Below are positions 25,033-34,116 of a stretch of DNA of 64,000 nt, one piece after another. Source of the stretch: Thermodesulfobacteriota bacterium (GTDB lineage Bacteria > Desulfobacterota_D > UBA1144 > Nemesobacterales > Mycalebacteriaceae); NCBI GenBank assembly GCA_965205855.1, contig OZ242184.1, positions 896,001-960,000 on the forward strand. The letters are read 5' to 3'. The stretch's first letter is position 1; every line of letters starts with the position of its first letter. Both the position numbers and the translations under genes were made by a program. The notes beneath the pieces were generated by a model that made no database searches, was not told the origin of the DNA, and was given only the letters and a program-made list of their open reading frames with translations.

Positions 25033-26019
25033 TTACGGGTTTATCACAACCTTTCCGAACTGACTTGAATTCTCAAGCGCCAGATGCGCCTCGGCAAGTT
25101 GCGCCAGAGGGAGAGTTCTGTCTATGACGGGAGACAGAATTCCCTCTGCCGCCATGTCAACCGTATCCTGCAAAACGCTTTGCGGAGAGTTAAAAACCGT
25201 TACGCCAATAATGGAAATATCCCTCATAATCACGGGGCCGAGGGAAAATTTCTCAACAAGCCCTCCTCCTACAACACCCACAAGAACAAGCCGTCCTCCG
25301 GGTTTGAGTATCTTTATGTTTTTCTCCCAGTAAGACGCGCCGACAGAGTCAAAAATCAGGTCAACCCCGCCTTTGATTTCTTTGGAAAAATCGGATTTTT
25401 TGTAGTTGAAAACTTCATCCGCGCCGAGGGTTTTTGCTTTTTCAAGTTTCTCATCGCTGCCCGCCGTCGCTATGATTTTCGCGCCGAGATGTTTTGCGAA
25501 CTGTATCGCAGCAGTTCCCGTTCCGCTGCCTGCGGCGTGCACGACAACCGTTTCGCCCTTTTTCAGCCCGCCCCTGTTTACAAGCCCATAAACGGCTGTC
25601 ACATAACAGATGGGAAGCGCAGACGCATCATCATGGGAAAGATTGTCCGGAATTTTGCACACATTCACGGCGGGAACTTTCACATACTCCGCAAAACCTC
25701 CCTGCCGGTTCGCGCCTATGATGCCCGTTCCTCTCTCCCCCGCGATTGCCGGATTCACAACCACCCGGTCTCCCGTGCCGAGGCTTCCGCCTGCCTTGTT
25801 TCCAACCTCTTCTATTACGCCCGAAATATCTATCCCGCCGATATGAGGAAGGTCAACGGGGCGAGGGGATTTGCCAGATCTTAATCTGGTGTCCAGTGAG
25901 TTCATTGCGCATGACTTAACCCTGATTAAAACCTCGTCAGAAGAGATGGAAGGAGTTTTAATATCCTCGTATTTTATTACTCCAGCGTTTCCCAATTCGT
26001 GATATATACCCGCTTTCAT
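25033..26019 (-). CDS. MDR superfamily NADPH:quinone oxidoreductase-like dehydrogenase
   Basis: GroES-like domain plus Rossmann AAGSGTG; GKVV at C-terminus; zinc ligands not evident. Confidence 0.88.
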   Translation of the reverse strand: MKAGIYHELGNAGVIKYEDIKTPSISSDEVLIRVKSCAMNSLDTRLRSGKSPRPVDLPHIGGIDISGVIEEVGNKAGGSLGTGDRVVVNPAIAGERGTGIIGANRQGGFAEYVKVPAVNVCKIPDNLSHDDASALPICYVTAVYGLVNRGGLKKGETVVVHAAGSGTGTAAIQFAKHLGAKIIATAGSDEKLEKAKTLGADEVFNYKKSDFSKEIKGGVDLIFDSVGASYWEKNIKILKPGGRLVLVGVVGGGLVEKFSLGPVIMRDISIIGVTVFNSPQSVLQDTVDMAAEGILSPVIDRTLPLAQLAEAHLALENSSQFGKVVINP

Positions 26020-26095
26020 TTTTTTCTCCCATACCGTCAAATTTTCCTGTAACTATATATCCGGTCACGGATTTTGTGCAAAGCGACTGAGAAAA

Positions 26096-27049
26096 TCAAC
26101 CCTTCGGTTTTCTTCCGAGAGACCAAAGCGTTTCCGCGACACTTGTCTGTAAAGCCCACAAGTCGTAGCCGCCTTCAAGCATAAAAGCCGCTCCGCAACC
26201 ACACAGTTCACGGGCAAGGGATTGAACCTCGGACGCGATGGCTCCGAAACACTCGCTTGAAACATTCATACCGGCAAGAGGGTCCGCCCTGTGTGCGTCA
26301 AAACCAGCCGATACGAGAATGACATCGGGTTTATACGCGCGCGCCGCAGCCGCGAGTTCATTTTGAAATACGCTCATATAAGAATCGTCTGACTGTCCCG
26401 CGGCGAGGGGTATGTTCAAAGTGGCTCCCCTGCCATCTCCGCTTCCGGTTTCCTCTGAGCTTCCGGTGCCGGGAAAAGCCGGATGCTGGTGGACTGAAAA
26501 ATAGAAAACATCGCCTCTGCCGTAAAAACTGTTCTGAGTTCCGTTGCCATGATGAACATCCCAGTCAACTATCATTACGCGGCCCGCGCCACACTCTCTG
26601 AGCGCGAACTCCGCCGCGACAGCGATATTATTGAAAAGACAAAACCCCATCGCACGGTCACGCTCGGCATGGTGTCCCGGAGGGCGGCAAAAAGCGAACG
26701 CGCTTTCCCTTCCGCCTTTGATAACTGTCTCACACGCGCAAATTGCCGCCCCCGCCGAAAGCGCCGCGGCTCGCCATGTTTCTCCCCCCGCGCCGGTGTC
26801 GGGGTCAAGCTGAAAAAAGGGTTTTCCGTCCGTTTTTTCAATCGTTTCCACATACCTTTCATCATGAATCCATGCCAGTTGAGCGGGGGTCGCGGCTCTC
26901 AATTGCATACGTTCAACAAAAGGCGACACGCTTGCCAAGTTCAAAAGGGAGTCAATCGCGGTTATTCTGTCAGGGCTTTCGGGATGCGCGGGACCGTTTT
27001 GATGCCCTTTACAAATATCAGAATCAATAAAAACAGCAGTTTGTGTCAT
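26096..27049 (-). CDS. histone deacetylase family amidohydrolase
   Basis: HPESPDR, RPPGHHA, GFCLFNN, DWDVHHGNGTQ, SAGFDAH, LEGGY. Confidence 0.95.
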   Translation of the reverse strand: MTQTAVFIDSDICKGHQNGPAHPESPDRITAIDSLLNLASVSPFVERMQLRAATPAQLAWIHDERYVETIEKTDGKPFFQLDPDTGAGGETWRAAALSAGAAICACETVIKGGRESAFAFCRPPGHHAERDRAMGFCLFNNIAVAAEFALRECGAGRVMIVDWDVHHGNGTQNSFYGRGDVFYFSVHQHPAFPGTGSSEETGSGDGRGATLNIPLAAGQSDDSYMSVFQNELAAAARAYKPDVILVSAGFDAHRADPLAGMNVSSECFGAIASEVQSLARELCGCGAAFMLEGGYDLWALQTSVAETLWSLGRKPKG

Positions 27050-27072
27050 AGTGCTGAAAAGACTAACATAAG

Positions 27073-27114
27073 ATAACAAAGAGCGCTTCTTTACAAAGAA
27101 GCGCTCTTTGTTAT
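27073..27114. repeat. perfect 20-bp inverted repeat with 2-nt spacer
   Basis: ATAACAAAGAGCGCTTCTTT-AC-AAAGAAGCGCTCTTTGTTAT. Confidence 0.95.
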
Positions 27115-27145
27115 AATTAATTCTTCTAAAGCGGGAAAGCGTAAG

Positions 27146-27394
27146 ATGAAAAAAGACATTCACCCAGAATATAAACCGGTGGTTTTCAGGGATCCTTCAA
27201 CGGATTTTATGATACTTACAAAGTCCACAAAGACCTCGAACGAAACAATAGAGTGGGAAAACGGCGAGACCTATCCGGTTGTGAATGTCGAGATATCAAG
27301 TAGCTCCCATCCTTTTTTCTCTGGCAAAGAGCAGCAGTTTTCAAAAGAAAGCCGCGTGGAAAAATTCCGCAAAAAATACGGCTCGGCAGAGTAA
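27146..27394 (+). CDS. rpmE2: 50S ribosomal protein L31 type B (zinc-free)
   Basis: [32 protein letters not shown]; no Cys motif. Confidence 0.95.
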   Translation: MKKDIHPEYKPVVFRDPSTDFMILTKSTKTSNETIEWENGETYPVVNVEISSSSHPFFSGKEQQFSKESRVEKFRKKYGSAE

Positions 27395-27399
27395 CCGCG

Positions 27400-27867
27400 T
27401 TATACCGCTTCGGACTCTTTCAGGTATCTGGCGACATCCTCCTGAATTGACTCGTCAACCATTTCACGCCAGTCATTCTCGTTGTTTTTGATTGAATCCC
27501 TTATTTTCGTGGCCGATATCCAGCCGATGTTCTCCGGAGGGAAGAACTCATTCATCTCATATCCGACTCCCCTGCCCCAGTTAACCGATTCAATATCGGG
27601 AATCTGTATCACTTCAACATCATCGCCTTTGCTCATATGGTATTTGCGTATCATGTCAATGGTCTGCGCCGTTGTAAAAGGATTTGTCGGGTCTGGCGGA
27701 ATGTCTCTGACCATTATCAGGCACGGAACGCCCTTGTCCAGTTTCTGGCGCACAAGACTTATGTGCCCTTGATGATAGGGCTGATACCTTCCGATGAATA
27801 TGGCCCTCTTGGACTTTACCGGCTCAATTCCGGTATGCCCGTGATTTGTAAATTTCCATTCAGACAT
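27400..27867 (-). CDS. cytidylyltransferase-like (HxGH) nucleotidyltransferase
   Basis: FIGRYQPYHQGH, NPF, GRGVGY, ISATKIR; alternative in-frame start at 27915. Confidence 0.8.
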   Translation of the reverse strand: MSEWKFTNHGHTGIEPVKSKRAIFIGRYQPYHQGHISLVRQKLDKGVPCLIMVRDIPPDPTNPFTTAQTIDMIRKYHMSKGDDVEVIQIPDIESVNWGRGVGYEMNEFFPPENIGWISATKIRDSIKNNENDWREMVDESIQEDVARYLKESEAV

Positions 27868-27975
27868 GATCTTCCTTCTTCGCCAGTTTTCGAATTCTGC
27901 TGGTGATTCAGACATGATGTTTCTCCTTTGTCAGTTTGTTATTTTGGAAACCCATTCTACTGGTAATTCAGACAA
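27858..27975. repeat. degenerate tandem repeat of RBS/start region (units ~60 and 48 bp)
   Basis: minus strand TGTCTGAAT x3; TGTCTGAATTACCAGTAGAAT vs TGTCTGAATCACCAGCAGAAT. Confidence 0.8.
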
Positions 27976-28669
27976 GTTTCAAAAAAGCGCCGAATACGGA
28001 CTCCGCGAGTTTGTTAATTCCGTCCGGATAAATCTCCGCGCCCCGCTCAATCTCTTCAATATCAAGACCGGAGTTTTCAATCTCCAGCCTGTTATCGTTT
28101 CTCTCAAGCCATTGCCGCACAATCTTTTCATCCGTCTCAAGGTGGAACTGAAGCGCATACGCCCTGTCGCCGTATCTGAACGCCTGATTTGGAAAATCAT
28201 CCGAGAACGCAAGGTTGACCGCTCCAGCGGGCGTTTCAAAACCGTCTCCGTGCCACTGAAAAACCTTTTCGCTTTGCGAGAAAAGTGAAAATACGGGGTC
28301 GGATGCGGCAGAGGGTGCCGCGCTGACATCATACCACCCAATCTCTTTCGAACCACCCGCCCTGACCTTCGCGCCGAGCGCGGCCGCCATTATCTGCGCT
28401 CCGAGACATATTCCAATCACTGGCCTGCCACTTTTGATAAATTCACGCACAAACCGTATCTCCCGCGCGAGATACGGATACCTGTCGTTTTGATAAACGT
28501 TCATCGGTCCGCCCATTATGGCAAGAACGGAAAAGTCGTCCGCATTTGCCGGAGCGGACTCCCCGTCACCGAAGTTCACCGTGACGATATCAAAACCGCG
28601 TTTGTCCATCAACTTTCCGAGCAGACCCGGAGATTCGTGGCTTACATGCTGAAAAACAAGCGCTTTCAT
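27968..28669 (-). CDS. class I glutamine amidotransferase
   Basis: MGGPMNVY, GICLGAQ, QWHGD, LQFHLE. Confidence 0.93.
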   Translation of the reverse strand: MKALVFQHVSHESPGLLGKLMDKRGFDIVTVNFGDGESAPANADDFSVLAIMGGPMNVYQNDRYPYLAREIRFVREFIKSGRPVIGICLGAQIMAAALGAKVRAGGSKEIGWYDVSAAPSAASDPVFSLFSQSEKVFQWHGDGFETPAGAVNLAFSDDFPNQAFRYGDRAYALQFHLETDEKIVRQWLERNDNRLEIENSGLDIEEIERGAEIYPDGINKLAESVFGAFLKLV

Positions 28670-28947
28670 TTTATTTTTTTGTTAATATGCCCGAGGCTCT
28701 TTTCTGGCACGACACGGTCTCTCACAAGAGACTTGAGTTCTGCGGCAGATGGAAAACCGCCCTGTTCCCGCCTTGACCACACAAGATATTTTCCGACAAA
28801 GATTCTGAAAACCCCGCCGGAGGAAGGTGCAAGCGCAAAATCGCCTATCTCATCGTCAAAGGTGGAAAACAACTCCTGCGCCATCCAGCCCGCTCTGAGA
28901 AGCCAGCCGCACCGGACACAATACTCTATTCTTATCTTTACGGGCAC
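28666..28947 (-). CDS. Rdx family (SelT/SelW/SelH-like) protein
   Basis: IEYCVRCGWLLRAGWMAQELF, GGVF, GGFP, LGH. Confidence 0.93.
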   Translation of the reverse strand: MPVKIRIEYCVRCGWLLRAGWMAQELFSTFDDEIGDFALAPSSGGVFRIFVGKYLVWSRREQGGFPSAAELKSLVRDRVVPEKSLGHINKKIK

Positions 28948-29025
28948 AGCGGGCTTAAGATAACCGCGCGAACTCGTGGCGCAAACGTTTTCGCAATGTG
29001 CCTTATCGGGAATGTTCGGGGGAGA

Positions 29026-29101
29026 TGGCTCCGGCGGAGGGATTCGAACCCCCGACCTAGTGGTTAACAGCCACCCGCTCTGCCAGCTGAGCTACACCGG
29101 A
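29026..29101 (-). tRNA. tRNA-Asn(GTT)
   Basis: 76 nt: TCCGGTG TAGCTCAG ... CTGTTAA ... GGTTCGAATCC ... CGCCGGA G CCA, with encoded CCA. Confidence 0.97.
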
Positions 29102-29132
29102 ACTGAAGAAGATGTGTTAAATTATATTGCCT

Positions 29133-30050
29133 ATGAAAGACAGTCAAGAAAAACCCGTGTCCGCAACGGAGCCCGAAGAAAAGCCCAAACCCGCAATCCG
29201 GTCTGCGCCGCTTGTTGAAGCCTCGCCTCTGCAGCGCTATGTGTCCGAAATCGCTTCCAACCCCATTTTATCAAATGAGGAAGAGCGCGAACTCGCCGTC
29301 CTCTACAGGGAAAAGGGAGACATAGAAGCCGCGCGCAAACTTGTCGCTTCAAACCTGAAGTTTGTCGTCAAAGTCGCCGGAGAATACAAAAACTACAACA
29401 TCAACATTATGGACATTATTCAGGAGGGGAACCTCGGGCTTATGCACGCGGTCAAAAGATTCGACCCCACAAAGGGTTACAGGCTTATCTCATACGCGGT
29501 CTGGTGGATAAAAGCATATATTCAGAAACACATAATGGACACATGGAGTCTTGTCAGAATCGGCACCGGCAGAGAGCAGAGAAAACTTTTCTACAAAGTC
29601 CGCTCCGCGAGTAGCGCGGCGGGAAGTGGGGCGGAAAAAAATGACGCCGAAATTGCGAACAGCCTCGGCGTTTCGGAAAAAAGTTTCTCGGAGATGAAGC
29701 GGGTTATGGGCACAAGAGATCTATCTCTTCATTCTCCGGTTCAAAATGAAGCCCAGCAGGCACATGTGGATTTTCTGACCGACAGTTCCGAAGGGCCGGA
29801 AGCTGGTTTTGAGCGCGAGGAAACAAAGAGAATTATCCATAACCACATAGGGAAAGTTCTCGAAAAACTCAAAGAAAAAGAGAGGCATATAGTTGAAAAC
29901 AGGCTACTGACGGAAAACCCCGAAACCCTAGACACAATCGGAAGCAGGCTGGGCATCTCGCGCGAAAGAGTAAGGCAGATAGAACAAACCGCTCTGAAGA
30001 AACTCAGGCGGGAATTCGAAAAATACGGCATCACCGCCCCACTGGACTGA
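29133..30050 (+). CDS. rpoH: RNA polymerase sigma factor, RpoH/sigma32 family
   Basis: DIIQEGNLGLMHAVKRFDP, SYAVWWIKAYI, RpoH box QRKLFYK, ISRERVRQIE. Confidence 0.88.
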   Translation: MKDSQEKPVSATEPEEKPKPAIRSAPLVEASPLQRYVSEIASNPILSNEEERELAVLYREKGDIEAARKLVASNLKFVVKVAGEYKNYNINIMDIIQEGNLGLMHAVKRFDPTKGYRLISYAVWWIKAYIQKHIMDTWSLVRIGTGREQRKLFYKVRSASSAAGSGAEKNDAEIANSLGVSEKSFSEMKRVMGTRDLSLHSPVQNEAQQAHVDFLTDSSEGPEAGFEREETKRIIHNHIGKVLEKLKEKERHIVENRLLTENPETLDTIGSRLGISRERVRQIEQTALKKLRREFEKYGITAPLD

Positions 30051-30074
30051 CACCCGCGCACCGGCAGGGACACG

Positions 30075-32684
30075 CTAAATTGACTCAACAACACCGGCGG
30101 ACATTTCAATCGCTTCGGCAACCCCTTCGGGACGGTCTCCGCCCGCCTGCGCGAGCACGGGCTTTCCGCCTCCTCTGCCGCCAATCAGCGGGGCAATCTC
30201 CTTGATGATTTTCCCCGCGTGAAACCTGTCTGAAATATCCTTTGTAACCCCGACAAGGATAAATGCCTTTCCCTCGCGCACGCCGCCAAGCACCGCGACC
30301 CCGCCTTTAATTTTCGCGCGTATCCCGTCCCACAATTCCCTCAACTCTTCGGGGCCGCAGTCCGGAACTTCGCGTGAAAGAAACCGCGCTCCGTTAATTT
30401 CCTTCATGCCGGATATCATCTCACCGGCGCCTTTCATAAGAGCGCTTTTTCTGCGCACACCAGACTCCTTTTCGAGCTCCGTGTTACGCTCAAGCAGTTT
30501 TCCGATTTTTTCCGCAACCGCTCCCGGAGCAACTCCGAGCATCTTTGCGGCGCGCGCAAGAGTCCTTTCGTTTTCCAGAGCGCGTTTGTACGCCGCCTCA
30601 TGGCAAACCGCCTCTATTCTTCTCACTCCCGCGCTTGAAGCGGATTGCGAAACTATGCTGAACATTCCCGCCTCCGCGGAGTTGGCAATATGAGTTCCGC
30701 CGCACAGCTCAACGCTGTATCCGCCGATTGAAACCACCCTGACCCTGTCGCCGTATTTCTCCTCAAAAATCGCCATTGCCCCCCCTTTCAGCGCCTCTTC
30801 GTAAGAAACATCCGCTCTTGTAACAACCTCGTCCGCGCGTCTTATTTTCTCATTCACCATATCTTCAATCCCCTTAATGTCTTCGTGGCTCACGGGCGAG
30901 TGGTGTGTGAAGTCAAACCGCAATCTGTCCGGGGCGACAAGCGAGCCCGCCTGTGAAACATGGGTTCCGAGTTTGTCCCTCAAAACGGAGTGCAGTATGT
31001 GAGTCGCGGTGTGGTGCGCGCACGCGGCGCGTCTGCAGCTTTTGTCAACTGAAAGGCGCACGGTGTCTCCGGGGCGAACCGCGCCTTTTTCAATCACGGC
31101 GCGGTGGCGGATAATACCCGCGATGGGGCGGGTTGTGTCAATCACTTTCGCAAAAAACCCGTCCCCCTCAATGGTTCCCGTGTCTCCCGCCTGTCCTCCG
31201 GACTGTGCGTAAAAAGGCGTTGAATCGGTAACAATGTCCGCTGTGATGTCAGAATTTGCGAAAAAAACAACCTTGCCCGTCCCTTCGGTGGCTTCGTAGC
31301 CGGTAAAAGCCGATGAGAAACCCGCGGAAACAAGTTCCGACAAACCCCCGCCGCCGTCTTCGGTGCCTTTCCACGACCCTTTTGACTGCTCTTTCTGTTT
31401 TGCCATCTCTTTGTCAAAACCTTCCCTGTCAACCCCGATATTTTTTTCCCTGAGCACATCCTCGGTCAATTCAAGCGGAAAACCGTACGTGTCGTAAAGT
31501 TTGAAAGCCACATCGCCGGAAAGTTTTTCACCGCTTGAAAGTTTTTTCACTTCGCTCTCAAGAATCTCAAGCCCTCTGTCTGCGGTTTCAAGAAAACCCT
31601 CCTCTTCTTTCATCACGATTTGAGCCGCAAACTCGGTTTTTTCCACAAGTTCGGGATAGGTTCCGGCAAGTGTGCCGGAGACCGCGCCGAGGATTTTGAA
31701 AAGAAACGGCTCATTTGTGCCGAGGGTTTTCGCATGGCGCGCGGCTCTTCTGATAATTCTTCTAAGAACATAGCCCCTACCTTCGTTTGAGGGAAAAATC
31801 CCGTCCGCGATAAGAAACACAGCGGCGCGCGCATGGTCTGCGATAACGCGCATGCCGCTGTCAATCCTGCCTCCCTTTCCATCTGTGTATTTTATTTGCG
31901 AAAGTTCTTCAATCCGCCCGATTACGGGGCGAATCAGGTCGGTTTCGTAGTTTCCGGGCGCTCCCTGTATGACCGCCGTTATCCTTTCAAGTCCCATCCC
32001 CGTGTCTATGTTCGGAAGAGGAAGGGGTTTTGTCTCGCCGGATTCATTCTGTTCATACTGCATAAAAACAAGGTTCCACAACTCAAGGTAGCGGTCGCAG
32101 TCGCAGCCCGGCGCGCACTCCGGTTTACCGCATCCGGTTTTTTCGCCCTGGTCTATGAGAATTTCCGAACACGGCCCGCACGGCCCCACATCTCCCATAG
32201 TCCAGAAGTTGCTTTCGTCTCCCATGCGCAGAATGTGGGATTGCTCAAGCCCCGCTTCTTTGCGCCAGATTTCAAACGCTTCGTCATCGTCCTTGTAGAC
32301 GGTAACCCAGAGTTTATTTTTGGGAAGTCGGAAAACATTTGTCATCAAATCCCATGCGAAATGCACGGCGTCCTGTTTGAAATAGTCGCCGAATGAAAAA
32401 TTGCCGAGCATTTCAAAAAATGTGTGATGCCGTGCCGTGTATCCGACATTGTCCAGATCGTTATGTTTTCCGCCCGCTCTCAAGCATTTCTGCGACGAGA
32501 CCGCGCGTTTGCTGGCGGGAGGCTGTTCGAGTCCGAGAAAGATGTTTTTGAACGGAACCATCCCCGAATTGGTAAAAAGAAGAGTCGGGTCTTGCACGGG
32601 GATAACGGGTGCGCTTCTTACACGCTTGTGGCCGTTTTTTTCAAAGTAAGAAAGAAAAGTTTCCCTTATTTCGTTTCCGGTCAT
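30075..32684 (-). CDS. alaS: alanine--tRNA ligase
   Basis: DPTLLFTNSGM, HHTFFEMLGNFSFGDYFK, HHTATHILH, ELCGGTH, GGRGGG. Confidence 0.99.
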   Translation of the reverse strand: MTGNEIRETFLSYFEKNGHKRVRSAPVIPVQDPTLLFTNSGMVPFKNIFLGLEQPPASKRAVSSQKCLRAGGKHNDLDNVGYTARHHTFFEMLGNFSFGDYFKQDAVHFAWDLMTNVFRLPKNKLWVTVYKDDDEAFEIWRKEAGLEQSHILRMGDESNFWTMGDVGPCGPCSEILIDQGEKTGCGKPECAPGCDCDRYLELWNLVFMQYEQNESGETKPLPLPNIDTGMGLERITAVIQGAPGNYETDLIRPVIGRIEELSQIKYTDGKGGRIDSGMRVIADHARAAVFLIADGIFPSNEGRGYVLRRIIRRAARHAKTLGTNEPFLFKILGAVSGTLAGTYPELVEKTEFAAQIVMKEEEGFLETADRGLEILESEVKKLSSGEKLSGDVAFKLYDTYGFPLELTEDVLREKNIGVDREGFDKEMAKQKEQSKGSWKGTEDGGGGLSELVSAGFSSAFTGYEATEGTGKVVFFANSDITADIVTDSTPFYAQSGGQAGDTGTIEGDGFFAKVIDTTRPIAGIIRHRAVIEKGAVRPGDTVRLSVDKSCRRAACAHHTATHILHSVLRDKLGTHVSQAGSLVAPDRLRFDFTHHSPVSHEDIKGIEDMVNEKIRRADEVVTRADVSYEEALKGGAMAIFEEKYGDRVRVVSIGGYSVELCGGTHIANSAEAGMFSIVSQSASSAGVRRIEAVCHEAAYKRALENERTLARAAKMLGVAPGAVAEKIGKLLERNTELEKESGVRRKSALMKGAGEMISGMKEINGARFLSREVPDCGPEELRELWDGIRAKIKGGVAVLGGVREGKAFILVGVTKDISDRFHAGKIIKEIAPLIGGRGGGKPVLAQAGGDRPEGVAEAIEMSAGVVESI

Positions 32685-32748
32685 TTAATTGCCGTCCGTG
32701 GCGCGACAGAGTGAAGTGGGAAAAGACGCACGCGGGGAATTGAGAAAA

Positions 32749-33003
32749 TCACTCTGCGGGAGAAACGACCGAGACGGTGTTTCTTTTTCCTTTGCGGAAT
32801 TTCACAACTCCGTCTGCAAGAGCAAAAAGCGTCCAGTCCCGTCCGGTTCCGACATTGTCTCCGGCGTGAAAAGAAGACCCTCTCTGGCGGATGATGATGT
32901 TTCCCGCTTTGACGACTTCTCCGCCGAATTTTTTAACGCCGAGCCGTTTGCCCGCCGAATCTCTTCCGTTTCTTGAACTGCCGCCGCCTTTTTTTGTGGA
33001 CAT
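32749..33003 (-). CDS. rpmA: 50S ribosomal protein L27
   Basis: [19 protein letters not shown]. Confidence 0.98.
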   Translation of the reverse strand: MSTKKGGGSSRNGRDSAGKRLGVKKFGGEVVKAGNIIIRQRGSSFHAGDNVGTGRDWTLFALADGVVKFRKGKRNTVSVVSPAE

Positions 33004-33015
33004 TCTCTGTCTCTC

Positions 33016-33333
33016 CTACCCTTTTATACCGGTTATGCGAACCGATGTGTATCTCTGCCGGTGTCCGGCTTTAAGTCTGTATTTTTTGCGTCTTTTGAAT
33101 TTAAAAACGGTAATTTTAGGTCCTTTCTTCTGAGAGACGATTTCGCCTTTAACTTCCGCTCCGTCAACAACGGGAGTACCCACGCGCGCCTCACCCTCTC
33201 CGTCCGAAACCATAAGCACATCGGGAAATCCGATCGTGTCTCCGGGGCTACCCTCGATTTTTTCTATGTCAAGAACATCTCCGGATTTGACCAAGTACTG
33301 TCTGTTTCCTGTTCTTATTACTGCCTGCTGCAT
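33016..33333 (-). CDS. rplU: 50S ribosomal protein L21
   Basis: AVIRTGNRQY, KFKRRKKY...GHRQ. Confidence 0.98.
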   Translation of the reverse strand: MQQAVIRTGNRQYLVKSGDVLDIEKIEGSPGDTIGFPDVLMVSDGEGEARVGTPVVDGAEVKGEIVSQKKGPKITVFKFKRRKKYRLKAGHRQRYTSVRITGIKG

Positions 33334-33357
33334 AAAGATTGCTCCGCTCTTGGAAGG

Positions 33358-34116
33358 TCAATTATGCCACAAAAAGGGATGGAGTGTCAAACTATACGGC
33401 GACCGCCTGATAGTCGGGGAGTTCACCCATTGTTTTCCCTCAAGAGCGCGTCCCGTCTTCTTTTTGTTCACACCGCCCCATTGTTTGAAGAAAAACGGAA
33501 CCCCGCTTTCAACGCAGTTGTCCCTGATTTCCGTAACCCATTCCTCTTTCATCGGTCTTGCGCCGGGGCCGGACTCTCCACCGACAATGACCCAGTCTAT
33601 GCCTGACAAATTGAGGTTTGGAAACGGGGCAAGCAACGGTTCAAGAGAAAGAAACTTCACGCAAGCATCGGTCTGTTTTAAAACTTCTGTACGGGAAAGA
33701 TATTTCTCGGACTCTACGCTTGTTCCCATCCAGATGTTGGAAGTCCAGTGCAGGTGTTTGTTCGCCTTCACAACCCTTTCCGGTCTTTTTGTGAGAACCT
33801 GAAAAGTGTGTTGAGATGCTTCGTTCATAACTTCAAAAACGGACATAATGAATTTTGCGGGAACATCCTTGTGGAACAAATCGCTCATTGAATTGACAAA
33901 AACTATTTTCGGTTTTTTCCATTTAAGCGGGTCTTTCAAAGTGTGTTCATGAGTGGTGAGTTTGAAACCGTTTCTGTATTTCTCCATCCCTTGAGCGTGA
34001 AGCCGCTTTGCCATCCGCTCGGCGTAGCAGTATTTGCAACCGTGGCTGATTTTTGAACAACCGGTAATGGGGTTCCATGTTGTGTGAGTCCATCCTATTT
34101 TGGAGGGTTGGGTCAT
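33358..34116 (-). CDS. DUF5131 / phage Gp37-Gp68 family radical-SAM-like protein
   Basis: [65 protein letters not shown]. Confidence 0.93.
   Translation of the reverse strand: MTQPSKIGWTHTTWNPITGCSKISHGCKYCYAERMAKRLHAQGMEKYRNGFKLTTHEHTLKDPLKWKKPKIVFVNSMSDLFHKDVPAKFIMSVFEVMNEASQHTFQVLTKRPERVVKANKHLHWTSNIWMGTSVESEKYLSRTEVLKQTDACVKFLSLEPLLAPFPNLNLSGIDWVIVGGESGPGARPMKEEWVTEIRDNCVESGVPFFFKQWGGVNKKKTGRALEGKQWVNSPTIRRSPYSLTLHPFLWHN
33361..33390 (-). promoter_or_regulatory. putative sigma70 promoter of rplU-rpmA
   Basis: minus strand TTGACA-N18-CATAAT with TG extended -10. Confidence 0.6.

Noticed and set aside
28666-28947. Selenoprotein
   Set aside because: Motif is CxxC with no in-frame TGA.
29026-29101. 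tRNA-Asn as an integration site
   Set aside because: No duplicated tRNA 3' end or integrase seen nearby.
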